In this document: piece after piece, positions 1-13,900 of the stretch
Layout of the letters: every line of letters begins with the position of its first letter
How positions within the stretch are numbered: the stretch's first letter is position 1
From: Auanema rhodensis
Taxonomy: Eukaryota; Animalia; Nematoda
Direction of reading: 5' to 3'
Assembly (NCBI GenBank): GCA_964057225.1
Contig: OZ059900.1
Location: forward strand, 24,242,001-24,306,000
Length of the DNA: 64,000 bases
The notes under the pieces: model-generated
The model's input: the letters and a program-made list of their open reading frames with translations, nothing else
What the model was told of the DNA's origin: nothing
Database searches by the model: none
Program-made: the position numbers and the translations under genes

Positions 1-342
1 GATTTAATCAATATTAGCCATAAGGGGCGTGCCCTCAGAATATGCTAATTTCCTTAATTTTCTAACCCCTGTTTTTTTGTCGTGAAAGTGGAACTAGACG
101 TTGTAGGAACAATTTTGAGCTAGGTTTCATTGACATTGCATGAGTTTGAACACATGAAATCGTAAGTCAAAACCTTGTTTACAGCGAAATTTCCAAAAAC
201 TGGTTTTCCAGCATAATAAAATATTTCTCATGGGAAATACTGTGTTTTTGTATTTTTATAGTGTTCAGCATGTAAAATGTTTCATTTTAGTATGTAACAC
301 GCTGAAATTCGTTGCATTTGACGACTCATATGAACAAAAATC
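1..342 (+). repeat. Reference satellite monomer (342 bp; start phase arbitrary)
   Basis: Bases 1-342 are followed by a near-identical copy starting at 343. Monomer positions quoted elsewhere use this numbering. Confidence 0.99.
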
Positions 343-1199
343 GATTTAATCAATATAAGCCATAAAGGGCGTGCCCTCAGAATCTGCTAATTTCCTCAAT
401 TTTCTAACCCCTGTTTTTTTGTCGTGAAAGTGGAACTAGACGTTGTAGGAACAATTTTGAGCTAGATTTCATTGACATTGCATGAGTTTGAACACATGAA
501 ATCGTAAGTCAAAACCTTGTTTACAGCGAAATTTCCAAAAACTCGTTTTCCAGCATAATAAAATATTTCTCATGGGAAATACTGTGTTTTTGTATTTTTC
601 TAGTGTTCAGCATGTGAAATGCTTCATTTTAGTATGTAACACGCTGAAATTCGTTGCATTTGACGACTCATATGAACAAAAATCGATTTAATCAATATTA
701 GCCATAAGGGGCGTGCCCTCAGAATATGCTAATTTCCTTAATTTTCTAACCCCTGTTTTTTTGTCGTGAAAGTGGAACTAGACGTTGTACGAACAATTTT
801 GAGCTAGGTTTCATTGACATTGCATGAGTTTGAACACATGAAATCGTAAGTCAAAACCTTGTTTACAGCGAAATTTCCAAAAACTGGTTTTCCAGCATAA
901 TAAAATATTTCTCATGGGAAATACTGTGTTTTTGTATTTTTATAGTGTTCAGCATGTAAAATGTTTCATTTTAGTATGTAACACGCTGAAATTCGTTGCA
1001 TTTGACGACTCATATGAACAAAAATCGATTTAATCAATATAAGCCATAAAGGGCGTGCCCTCAGAATCTGCTAATTTCCTTAATTTTCTAACCCCTGTTT
1101 TTTTGTCGTGAAAGTGGAACTAGACGTTGTAGGAACAATTTTGAGCTAGGTTTCATTGACATTGCATGAGTTTGAACACATGAAATCGTAAGTCAAAAC

Positions 1200-4100
1200 C
1201 TTGTTTACAGCGAAATTTCCAAAAACTCGTTTTCCAGCATAATAAAATATTTCTCATGGGAAATACTGTGTTTTTGTATTTTTTTAGTGTTCAGCATGTA
1301 AAATGCTTCATTTTAGTATGTGACACGCTGAAATTAATTGCATTTGACGACTCATATGAACAAAAATCGATTTAATCAATATTAGCCATAAGGGGCGTGC
1401 CCTCAGAATATGCTAATTTCCTCAATTTTCTAACCCCTGTTTTTTTGTCGTGAAAGTGGAACTAGACGTTGTACGAACAATTTTGAGCTAGGTTTCATTG
1501 ACATTGCATGAGTTTGAACACATGAAATCGTAAGTCAAAACCTTGTTTACAGCGAAATTTCCAAAAACTGGTTTTCCAGCATAATAAAATATTTCTCATG
1601 GGAAATACTGTGTTTTTGTATTTTTCTAGTGTTCAGCATGTGAAATGCTTCATTTTAGTATGTAACACGCTGAAATTCGTTGCATTTGACGACTCATATG
1701 AACAAAAATCGATTTAATCAATATTAGCCATAAGGGGCGTGCCCTCAGAATATGCTAATTTCCTTAATTTTCTAACCCCTGTTTTTTTGTCGTGAAAGTG
1801 GAACTAGACGTTGTACGAACAATTTTGAGCTAGGTTTCATTGACATTGCATGAGTTTGAACACATGAAATCGTAAGTCAAAACCTTGTTTACAGCGAAAT
1901 TTCCAAAAACTCGTTTTCCAGCATAATAAAATATTTCTCATGGGAAATACTGTGTTTTTGTATTTTTATAGTGTTCAGCATGTAAAATGTTTCATTTTAG
2001 TATGTAACACGCTGAAATTCGTTGCATTTGACGACTCATATGAACAAAAATCGATTTAATCAATATAAGCCATAAAGGGCGTGCCCTCAGAATCTGCTAA
2101 TTTCCTTAATTTTCTAACCCCTGTTTTTTTGTCGTGAAAGTGGAACTAGACGTTGTAGGAACAATTTTTAGCTAGATTTCATTGACATTGCATGAGTTTG
2201 AACACATGAAATCGTAAGTCAAAACCTTGTTTACAGCGAAATTTCCAAAAACTCGTTTTCCAGCATAATAAAATATTTCTCATGAGAAATACTGTGTTTT
2301 TGTATTTTTCTAGTGTTCAGCATGTGAAATGCTTCATTTTAGTATGTAACACGCTGAAATTCGTTGCATTTGACGACTCATATGAACAAAAATCGATTTA
2401 ATCAATATTAGCCATAAGAGGCGTGCCCTCAGAATCTGCTAATTTCCTTAATTTTCTAACCCCTGTTTTTTTGTCGTGAAAGTGGAACTAGACGTTGTAG
2501 GAACAATTTTTAGCTAGGTTTCATTGACATTGCATGAGTTTGAACACATGAAATCGTAAGTCAAAACCTTGTTTACAGCGAAATTTCCAAAAACTGGTTT
2601 TCCAGCATAATAAAATATTTCTCATGGGAAATACTGTGTTTTTGTATTTTTCTAGTGTTCAGCATGTGAAATGCTTCATTTTAGTATGTAACACGCTGAA
2701 ATTCGTTGCATTTGACGACTCATATGAACAAAAATCGATTTAATCAATATTAGCCATAAGGGGCGTGCCCTCAGAATATGCTAATTTCCTTAATTTTCTA
2801 ACCCCTGTTTTTTTGTCGTGAAAGTGGAACTAGACGTTGTACGAACAATTTTGAGCTAGGTTTCATTGACATTGCATGAGTTTGAACACATGAAATCGTA
2901 AGTCAAAACCTTGTTTACAGCGAAATTTCCAAAAACTCGTTTTCCAGCATAATAAAATATTTCTCATGGGAAATACTGTGTTTTTGTATTTTTATAGTGT
3001 TCAGCATGTAAAATGTTTCATTTTAGTATGTAACACGCTGAAATTCGTTGCATTTGACGACTCATATGAACAAAAATCGATTTAATCAATATAAGCCATA
3101 AAGGGCGTGCCCTCAGAATCTGCTAATTTCCTTAATTTTCTAACCCCTGTTTTTTTGTCGTGAAAGTGGAACTAGACGTTGTAGGAACAATTTTTAGCTA
3201 GATTTCATTGACATTGCATGAGTTTGAACACATGAAATCGTAAGTCAAAACCTTGTTTACAGCGAAATTTCCAAAAACTCGTTTTCCAGCATAATAAAAT
3301 ATTTCTCATGAGAAATACTGTGTTTTTGTATTTTTCTAGTGTTCAGCATGTGAAATGCTTCATTTTAGTATGTAACACGCTGAAATTCGTTGCATTTGAC
3401 GACTCATATGAACAAAAATCGATTTAATCAATATTAGCCATAAGAGGCGTGCCCTCAGAATCTGCTAATTTCCTTAATTTTCTAACCCCTGTTTTTTTGT
3501 CGTGAAAGTGGAACTAGACGTTGTAGGAACAATTTTTAGCTAGATTTCATTGACATTGCATGAGTTTGAACACATGAAATCGTAAGTCAAAACCTTGTTT
3601 ACAGCGAAATTTCCAAAAACTCGTTTTCCAGCATAATAAAATATTTCTCATGAGAAATACTGTGTTTTTGTATTTTTCTAGTGTTCAGCATGTGAAATGC
3701 TTCATTTTAGTATGTAACACGCTGAAATTCGTTGCATTTGACGACTCATATGAACAAAAATCGATTTAATCAATATTAGCCATAAGGGGCGTGCCCTCAG
3801 AATATGCTAATTTCCTTAATTTTCTAACCCCTGTTTTTTTGTCGTGAAAGTGGAACTAGACGTTGTAGGAACAATTTTGAGCTAGGTTTCATTGACATTG
3901 CATGAGTTTGAACACATGAAATCGTAAGTCAAAACCTTGTTTACAGCGAAATTTCCAAAAACTGGTTTTCCAGCATAATAAAATATTTCTCATGGGAAAT
4001 ACTGTGTTTTTGTATTTTTATAGTGTTCAGCATGTAAAATGTTTCATTTTAGTATGTAACACGCTGAAATTCGTTGCATTTGACGACTCATATGAACAAA

Positions 4101-7100
4101 AATCGATTTAATCAATATAAGCCATAAAGGGCGTGCCCTCAGAATCTGCTAATTTCCTCAATTTTCTAACCCCTGTTTTTTTGTCGTGAAAGTGGAACTA
4201 GACGTTGTAGGAACAATTTTGAGCTAGATTTCATTGACATTGCATGAGTTTGAACACATGAAATCGTAAGTCAAAACCTTGTTTACAGCGAAATTTCCAA
4301 AAACTCGTTTTCCAGCATAATAAAATATTTCTCATGGGAAATACTGTGTTTTTGTATTTTTCTAGTGTTCAGCATGTGAAATGCTTCATTTTAGTATGTA
4401 ACACGCTGAAATTCGTTGCATTTGACGACTCATATGAACAAAAATCGATTTAATCAATATTAGCCATAAGGGGCGTGCCCTCAGAATATGCTAATTTCCT
4501 TAATTTTCTAACCCCTGTTTTTTTGTCGTGAAAGTGGAACTAGACGTTGTACGAACAATTTTGAGCTAGGTTTCATTGACATTGCATGAGTTTGAACACA
4601 TGAAATCGTAAGTCAAAACCTTGTTTACAGCGAAATTTCCAAAAACTCGTTTTCCAGCATAATAAAATATTTCTCATGGGAAATACTGTGTTTTTGTATT
4701 TTTTTAGTGTTCAGCATGTAAAATGCTTCATTTTAGTATGTAACACGCTGAAATTCGTTGCATTTGACGACTCATATGAACAAAAATCGATTTAATCAAT
4801 ATTAGCCATAAGGGGCGTGCCCTCAGAATATGCTAATTTCCTTAATTTTCTAACCCCTGTTTTTTTGTCGTGAAAGTGGAACTAGACGTTGTACGAACAA
4901 TTTTGAGCTAGGTTTCATTGACATTGCATGAGTTTGAACACATGAAATCGTAAGTCAAAACCTTGTTTACAGCGAAATTTCCAAAAACTCGTTTTCCAGC
5001 ATAATAAAATATTTCTCATGGGAAATACTGTGTTTTTGTATTTTTTTAGTGTTCAGCATGTAAAATGCTTCATTTTAGTATGTGACACGCTGAAATTAAT
5101 TGCATTTGACGACTCATATGAACAAAAATCGATTTAATCAATATTAGCCATAAGGGGCGTGCCCTCAGAATATGCTAATTTCCTCAATTTTCTAACCCCT
5201 GTTTTTTTGTCGTGAAAGTGGAACTAGACGTTGTACGAACAATTTTGAGCTAGGTTTCATTGACATTGCATGAGTTTGAACACATGAAATCGTAAGTCAA
5301 AACCTTGTTTACAGCGAAATTTCCAAAAACTGGTTTTCCAGCATAATAAAATATTTCTCATGGGAAATACTGTGTTTTTGTATTTTTCTAGTGTTCAGCA
5401 TGTGAAATGCTTCATTTTAGTATGTAACACGCTGAAATTCGTTGCATTTGACGACTCATATGAACAAAAATCGATTTAATCAATATTAGCCATAAGGGGC
5501 GTGCCCTCAGAATATGCTAATTTCCTTAATTTTCTAACCCCTGTTTTTTTGTCGTGAAAGTGGAACTAGACGTTGTACGAACAATTTTGAGCTAGGTTTC
5601 ATTGACATTGCATGAGTTTGAACACATGAAATCGTAAGTCAAAACCTTGTTTACAGCGAAATTTCCAAAAACTCGTTTTCCAGCATAATAAAATATTTCT
5701 CATGGGAAATACTGTGTTTTTGTATTTTTATAGTGTTCAGCATGTAAAATGTTTCATTTTAGTATGTAACACGCTGAAATTCGTTGCATTTGACGACTCA
5801 TATGAACAAAAATCGATTTAATCAATATAAGCCATAAAGGGCGTGCCCTCAGAATCTGCTAATTTCCTTAATTTTCTAACCCCTGTTTTTTTGTCGTGAA
5901 AGTGGAACTAGACGTTGTAGGAACAATTTTTAGCTAGATTTCATTGACATTGCATGAGTTTGAACACATGAAATCGTAAGTCAAAACCTTGTTTACAGCG
6001 AAATTTCCAAAAACTCGTTTTCCAGCATAATAAAATATTTCTCATGAGAAATACTGTGTTTTTGTATTTTTCTAGTGTTCAGCATGTGAAATGCTTCATT
6101 TTAGTATGTAACACGCTGAAATTCGTTGCATTTGACGACTCATATGAACAAAAATCGATTTAATCAATATTAGCCATAAGAGGCGTGCCCTCAGAATCTG
6201 CTAATTTCCTTAATTTTCTAACCCCTGTTTTTTTGTCGTGAAAGTGGAACTAGACGTTGTAGGAACAATTTTTAGCTAGGTTTCATTGACATTGCATGAG
6301 TTTGAACACATGAAATCGTAAGTCAAAACCTTGTTTACAGCGAAATTTCCAAAAACTGGTTTTCCAGCATAATAAAATATTTCTCATGGGAAATACTGTG
6401 TTTTTGTATTTTTCTAGTGTTCAGCATGTGAAATGCTTCATTTTAGTATGTAACACGCTGAAATTCGTTGCATTTGACGACTCATATGAACAAAAATCGA
6501 TTTAATCAATATTAGCCATAAGGGGCGTGCCCTCAGAATATGCTAATTTCCTTAATTTTCTAACCCCTGTTTTTTTGTCGTGAAAGTGGAACTAGACGTT
6601 GTACGAACAATTTTGAGCTAGGTTTCATTGACATTGCATGAGTTTGAACACATGAAATCGTAAGTCAAAACCTTGTTTACAGCGAAATTTCCAAAAACTC
6701 GTTTTCCAGCATAATAAAATATTTCTCATGGGAAATACTGTGTTTTTGTATTTTTATAGTGTTCAGCATGTAAAATGTTTCATTTTAGTATGTAACACGC
6801 TGAAATTCGTTGCATTTGACGACTCATATGAACAAAAATCGATTTAATCAATATAAGCCATAAAGGGCGTGCCCTCAGAATCTGCTAATTTCCTTAATTT
6901 TCTAACCCCTGTTTTTTTGTCGTGAAAGTGGAACTAGACGTTGTAGGAACAATTTTTAGCTAGATTTCATTGACATTGCATGAGTTTGAACACATGAAAT
7001 CGTAAGTCAAAACCTTGTTTACAGCGAAATTTCCAAAAACTCGTTTTCCAGCATAATAAAATATTTCTCATGAGAAATACTGTGTTTTTGTATTTTTCTA

Positions 7101-8720
7101 GTGTTCAGCATGTGAAATGCTTCATTTTAGTATGTAACACGCTGAAATTCGTTGCATTTGACGACTCATATGAACAAAAATCGATTTAATCAATATTAGC
7201 CATAAGAGGCGTGCCCTCAGAATCTGCTAATTTCCTTAATTTTCTAACCCCTGTTTTTTTGTCGTGAAAGTGGAACTAGACGTTGTAGGAACAATTTTTA
7301 GCTAGATTTCATTGACATTGCATGAGTTTGAACACATGAAATCGTAAGTCAAAACCTTGTTTACAGCGAAATTTCCAAAAACTCGTTTTCCAGCATAATA
7401 AAATATTTCTCATGAGAAATACTGTGTTTTTGTATTTTTCTAGTGTTCAGCATGTGAAATGCTTCATTTTAGTATGTAACACGCTGAAATTCGTTGCATT
7501 TGACGACTCATATGAACAAAAATCGATTTAATCAATATTAGCCATAAGGGGCGTGCCCTCAGAATATGCTAATTTCCTTAATTTTCTAACCCCTGTTTTT
7601 TTGTCGTGAAAGTGGAACTAGACGTTGTAGGAACAATTTTGAGCTAGGTTTCATTGACATTGCATGAGTTTGAACACATGAAATCGTAAGTCAAAACCTT
7701 GTTTACAGCGAAATTTCCAAAAACTGGTTTTCCAGCATAATAAAATATTTCTCATGGGAAATACTGTGTTTTTGTATTTTTATAGTGTTCAGCATGTAAA
7801 ATGTTTCATTTTAGTATGTAACACGCTGAAATTCGTTGCATTTGACGACTCATATGAACAAAAATCGATTTAATCAATATAAGCCATAAAGGGCGTGCCC
7901 TCAGAATCTGCTAATTTCCTCAATTTTCTAACCCCTGTTTTTTTGTCGTGAAAGTGGAACTAGACGTTGTAGGAACAATTTTGAGCTAGATTTCATTGAC
8001 ATTGCATGAGTTTGAACACATGAAATCGTAAGTCAAAACCTTGTTTACAGCGAAATTTCCAAAAACTCGTTTTCCAGCATAATAAAATATTTCTCATGGG
8101 AAATACTGTGTTTTTGTATTTTTCTAGTGTTCAGCATGTGAAATGCTTCATTTTAGTATGTAACACGCTGAAATTCGTTGCATTTGACGACTCATATGAA
8201 CAAAAATCGATTTAATCAATATTAGCCATAAGGGGCGTGCCCTCAGAATATGCTAATTTCCTTAATTTTCTAACCCCTGTTTTTTTGTCGTGAAAGTGGA
8301 ACTAGACGTTGTACGAACAATTTTGAGCTAGGTTTCATTGACATTGCATGAGTTTGAACACATGAAATCGTAAGTCAAAACCTTGTTTACAGCGAAATTT
8401 CCAAAAACTCGTTTTCCAGCATAATAAAATATTTCTCATGGGAAATACTGTGTTTTTGTATTTTTTTAGTGTTCAGCATGTAAAATGCTTCATTTTAGTA
8501 TGTAACACGCTGAAATTCGTTGCATTTGACGACTCATATGAACAAAAATCGATTTAATCAATATTAGCCATAAGGGGCGTGCCCTCAGAATATGCTAATT
8601 TCCTTAATTTTCTAACCCCTGTTTTTTTGTCGTGAAAGTGGAACTAGACGTTGTACGAACAATTTTGAGCTAGGTTTCATTGACATTGCATGAGTTTGAA
8701 CACATGAAATCGTAAGTCAA
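1200..8720 (+). repeat. 11-monomer (3762-bp) tandem higher-order duplication; boundaries approximate
   Basis: SNP haplotypes of monomers 5-14 (1369-4788) recur in order as monomers 16-25 (5131-8550). The CATGAGA variant is at 2285/3311/3653 and again at 6047/7073/7415, each +3762. Confidence 0.85.
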
Positions 8721-10969
8721 AACCTTGTTTACAGCGAAATTTCCAAAAACTGGTTTTCCAGCATAATAAAATATTTCTCATGGGAAATACTGTGTTTTTG
8801 TATTTTTATAGTGTTCAGCATGTAAAATGTTTCATTTTAGTATGTAACACGCTGAAATTCGTTGCATTTGACGACTCATATGAACAAAAATCGATTTAAT
8901 CAATATAAGCCATAAAGGGCGTGCCCTCAGAATCTGCTAATTTCCTCAATTTTCTAACCCCTGTTTTTTTGTCGTGAAAGTGGAACTAGACGTTGTAGGA
9001 ACAATTTTGAGCTAGGTTTCATTGACATTGCATGAGTTTGAACACATGAAATCGTAAGTCAAAACCTTGTTTACAGCGAAATTTCCAAAAACTCGTTTTC
9101 CAGCATAATAAAATATTTCTCATGGGAAATACTGTGTTTTTGTATTTTTTTAGTGTTCAGCATGTAAAATGCTTCATTTTAGTATGTGACACGCTGAAAT
9201 TAATTGCATTTGACGACTCATATGAACAAAAATCGATTTAATCAATATTAGCCATAAGGGGCGTGCCCTCAGAATATGCTAATTTCCTCAATTTTCTAAC
9301 CCCTGTTTTTTTGTCGTGAAAGTGGAACTAGACGTTGTACGAACAATTTTGAGCTAGGTTTCATTGACATTGCATGAGTTTGAACACATGAAATCGTAAG
9401 TCAAAACCTTGTTTACAGCGAAATTTCCAAAAACTGGTTTTCCAGCATAATAAAATATTTCTCATGGGAAATACTGTGTTTTTGTATTTTTCTAGTGTTC
9501 AGCATGTGAAATGCTTCATTTTAGTATGTAACACGCTGAAATTCGTTGCATTTGACGACTCATATGAACAAAAATCGATTTAATCAATATTAGCCATAAG
9601 GGGCGTGCCCTCAGAATATGCTAATTTCCTTAATTTTCTAACCCCTGTTTTTTTGTCGTGAAAGTGGAACTAGACGTTGTACGAACAATTTTGAGCTAGG
9701 TTTCATTGACATTGCATGAGTTTGAACACATGAAATCGTAAGTCAAAACCTTGTTTACAGCGAAATTTCCAAAAACTCGTTTTCCAGCATAATAAAATAT
9801 TTCTCATGGGAAATACTGTGTTTTTGTATTTTTATAGTGTTCAGCATGTAAAATGTTTCATTTTAGTATGTAACACGCTGAAATTCGTTGCATTTGACGA
9901 CTCATATGAACAAAAATCGATTTAATCAATATTAGCCATAAAGGGCGTGCCCTCAGAATCTGCTAATTTCCTTAATTTTCTAACCCCTGTTTTTTTGTCG
10001 TGAAAGTGGAACTAGACGTTGTAGGAACAATTTTGAGCTAGATTTCATTGACATTGCATGAGTTTGAACACATGAAATCGTAAGTCAAAACCTTGTTTAC
10101 AGCGAAATTTCCAAAAACTCGTTTTCCAGCATAATAAAATATTTCTCATGGGAAATACTGTGTTTTTGTATTTTTTTAGTGTTCAGCATGTAAAATGCTT
10201 CATTTTAGTATGTAACACGCTGAAATTAATTGCATTTGACGACTCATATGAACAAAAATCGATTTAATCAATATTAGCCATAAGGGGCGTGCCCTCAGAA
10301 TATGCTAATTTCCTTAATTTTCTAACCCCTGTTTTTTTGTCGTGAAAGTGGAACTAGACGTTGTAGGAACAATTTTGAGCTAGGTTTCATTGACATTGCA
10401 TGAGTTTGAACACATGATATCGTAAGTCAAAACCTTGTTTACAGCGAAATTTCCAAAAACTGGTTTTCCAGCATAATAAAATATTTCTCATGGGAAATAC
10501 TGTGTTTTTGTATTTTTATAGTGTTCAACATGTAAAATGTTTCATTTTAGTATGTAACACGCTGAAATTCGTTGCATTTGACGACTCATATGAACAAAAA
10601 TCGATTTAATCAATATAAGCCATAAAGGGCGTGCCCTCAGAATCTGCTAATTTCCTTAATTTTCTAACCCCTGTTTTTTTGTCGTGAAAGTGGAACTAGA
10701 CGTTGTAGGAACAATTTTGAGCTAGATTTCATTGACATTGCATGAGTTTGAACACATGAAATCGTAAGTCAAAACCTTGTTTACAGCGAAATTTCCAAAA
10801 ACTCGTTTTCCAGCATAATAAAATATTTCTCATGGGAAATACTGTGTTTTTGTATTTTTTTAGTGTTCAGCATGTAAAATGCTTCATTTTAGTATGTAAC
10901 ACGCTGAAATTCGTTGCATTTGACGACTCATATGAACAAAAATCGATTTAATCAATATTAGCCATAAGG

Positions 10970-13900
10970 GGCGTGCCCTCAGAATATGCTAATTTCCTTA
11001 ATTTTCTAACCCCTGTTTTTTTGTCGTGAAAGTGGAACTAGACGTTGTAGGAACAATTTTGAGCTAGGTTTCATTGACATTGCATGAGTTTGAACACATG
11101 AAATCGTAAGTCAAAACCTTGTTTACAGCGAAATTTCCAAAAACTCGTTTTCCAGCATAATAAAATATTTCTCATGGGAAATACTGTGTTTTTGTATTTT
11201 TTTAGTGTTCAGCATGTAAAATGCTTCATTTTAGTATGTAACACGCTGAAATTCGTTGCATTTGACGACTCATATGAACAAAAATCGATTTAATCAATAT
11301 TAGCCATAAGGGGCGTGCCCTCAGAATATGCTAATTTCCTTAATTTTCTAACCCCTGTTTTTTTGTCGTGAAAGTGGAACTAGACGTTGTACGAACAATT
11401 TTGAGCTAGGTTTCATTGACATTGCATGAGTTTGAACACATGAAATCGTAAGTCAAAACCTTGTTTACAGCGAAATTTCCAAAAACTGGTTTTCCAGCAT
11501 AATAAAATATTTCTCATGGGAAATACTGTGTTTTTGTATTTTTATAGTGTTCAGCATGTAAAATGTTTCATTTTAGTATGTAACACGCTGAAATTCGTTG
11601 CATTTGACGACTCATATGAACAAAAATCGATTTAATCAATATAAGCCATAAAGGGCGTGCCCTCAGAATCTGCTAATTTCCTTAATTTTCTAACCCCTGT
11701 TTTTTTGTCGTGAAAGTGGAACTAGACGTTGTAGGAACAATTTCGAGCTAGATTTCATTGACATTGCATGAGTTTGAACACATGAAATCGTAAGTCAAAA
11801 CCTTGTTTACAGCGAAATTTCCAAAAACTCGTTTTCCAGCATAATAAAATATTTCTCATGGGAAATACTGTGTTTTTGTATTTTTTTAGTGTTCAGCATG
11901 TAAAATGCTTCATTTTAGTATGTGACACGCTGAAATTAATTGCATTTGACGACTCATATGAACAAAAATCGATTTAATCAATATTAGCCATAAGGGGCGT
12001 GCCCTCAGATTATGCTAATTTCCTTAATTTTCTAACCCCTGTTTTGTTGTCGTGAAAGTGGAACTAGACGTTGTAGGAACAATTTTGAGCTAGGTTTCAT
12101 TGACATTGCATGAGTTTGAACACATGAAATCGTAAGTCAAAACCTTGTTTACAGCGAAATTTCCAAAAACTGGTTTTCCAGCATAATAAAATATTTCTCA
12201 TGGGAAATACTGTGTTTTTGTATTTTTATAGTGTTCAGCATGTAAAATGTTTCATTTTAGTATGTAACACGCTGAAATTCGTTGCATTTGACGACTCATA
12301 TGAACAAAAATCGATTTAATCAATATAAGCCATAAAGGGCGTGCCCTCAGAATCTGCTAATTTCCTTAATTTTCTAACCCCTGTTTTTTTGTCGTGAAAG
12401 TGGAACTAGACGTTGTAGGAACAATTTTGAGCTAGATTTCATTGACATTGCATGAGTTTGAACACATGAAATCGTAAGTCAAAACCTTGTTTACAGCGAA
12501 ATTTCCAAAAACTCGTTTTCCAGCATAATAAAATATTTCTCATGGGAAATACTGTGTTTTTGTATTTTTTTAGTGTTCAGCATGTAAAATGCTTCATTTT
12601 AGTATGTGACACGCTGAAATTAATTGCATTTGACGACTCATATGAACAAAAATCGATTTAATCAATATTAGCCATAAGGGGCGTGCCCTCAGATTATGCT
12701 AATTTCCTCAATTTTCTAACCCCTGTTTTTTTGTCGTGAAAGTGGAACTAGACGTTGTACGAACAATTTTGAGCTAGGTTTCATTGACATTGCATGAGTT
12801 TGAACACATGAAATCGTAAGTCAAAACCTTGTTTACAGCGAAATTTCCAAAAACTGGTTTTCCAGCATAATAAAATATTTCTCATGGGAAATACTGTGTT
12901 TTTGTATTTTTCTAGTGTTCAGCATGTGAAATGCTTCATTTTAGTATGTAACACGCTGAAATTCGTTGCATTTGACGACTCATATGAACAAAAATCGATT
13001 TAATCAATATTAGCCATAAGGGGCGTGCCCTCAGAATATGCTAATTTCCTTAATTTTCTAACCCCTGTTTTGTTGTCGTGAAAGTGGAACTAGACGTTGT
13101 AGGAACAATTTTGAGCTAGGTTTCATTGACATTGCATGAGTTTGAACACATGAAATCGTAAGTCAAAACCTTGTTTACAGCGAAATTTCCAAAAACTGGT
13201 TTTCCAGCATAATAAAATATTTCTCATGGGAAATACTGTGTTTTTGTATTTTTATAGTGTTCAGCATGTAAAATGCTTCATTTTAGTATGTAACACGCTG
13301 AAATTCGTTGCATTTGACGACTCATATGAACAAAAATCGATTTAATCAATATTAGCCATAAGAGGCGTGCCCTCAGAATATGCTAATTTCCTTAATTTTC
13401 TAACCCCTGTTTTTTTGTCGTGAAAGTGGAACTAGACGTTGTAGGAACAATTTTGAGCTAGGTTTCATTGACATTGCATGAGTTTGAACACATGAAATCG
13501 TAAGTCAAAACCTTGTTTACAGCGAAATTTCCAAAAACTGGTTTTCCAGCATAATAAAATATTTCTCATAGGAAATACTGTGTTTTTGTATTTTTCTAGT
13601 GTTCAGCATGTGAAATGCTTCATTTTAGTATGTAACACGCTGAAATTCGTTGCATTTGACGACTCATATGAACAAAAATCGATTTAATCAATATTAGCCA
13701 TAAGGGGCGTGCCCTCAGAATATGCTAATTTCCTTAATTTTCTAACCCCTGTTTTGTTGTCGTGAAAGTGGAACTAGACGTTGTAGGAACAATTTTGAGC
13801 TAGGTTTCATTGACATTGCATGAGTTTGAACACATGAAATCGTAAGTCAAAACCTTGTTTACAGCGAAATTTCCAAAAACTGGTTTTCCAGCATAATAAA

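Noticed and set aside
62-69. CTAACCC telomere-like motif
   Set aside because: There is one short copy per monomer and it is not tandem, so chance is a sufficient explanation.
130-220. TTGACA (130-135) and AATAAA (215-220) as promoter or polyadenylation signals
   Set aside because: No correctly spaced -10 box or downstream gene is present. Such hexamers are expected in AT-rich DNA.
1-342. 5S rRNA, tRNA or spliced-leader tandem gene unit
   Set aside because: I see no recognisable 5S sequence, cloverleaf or Pol III internal boxes. A covariance-model search (Infernal/Rfam) would confirm.
1-342. Assignment to a named satellite family or species
   Set aside because: AT-rich satellites of about 340-360 bp occur in beetles, plants and other taxa. 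Length alone is not diagnostic and I do not recognise the sequence, so a database search is needed.
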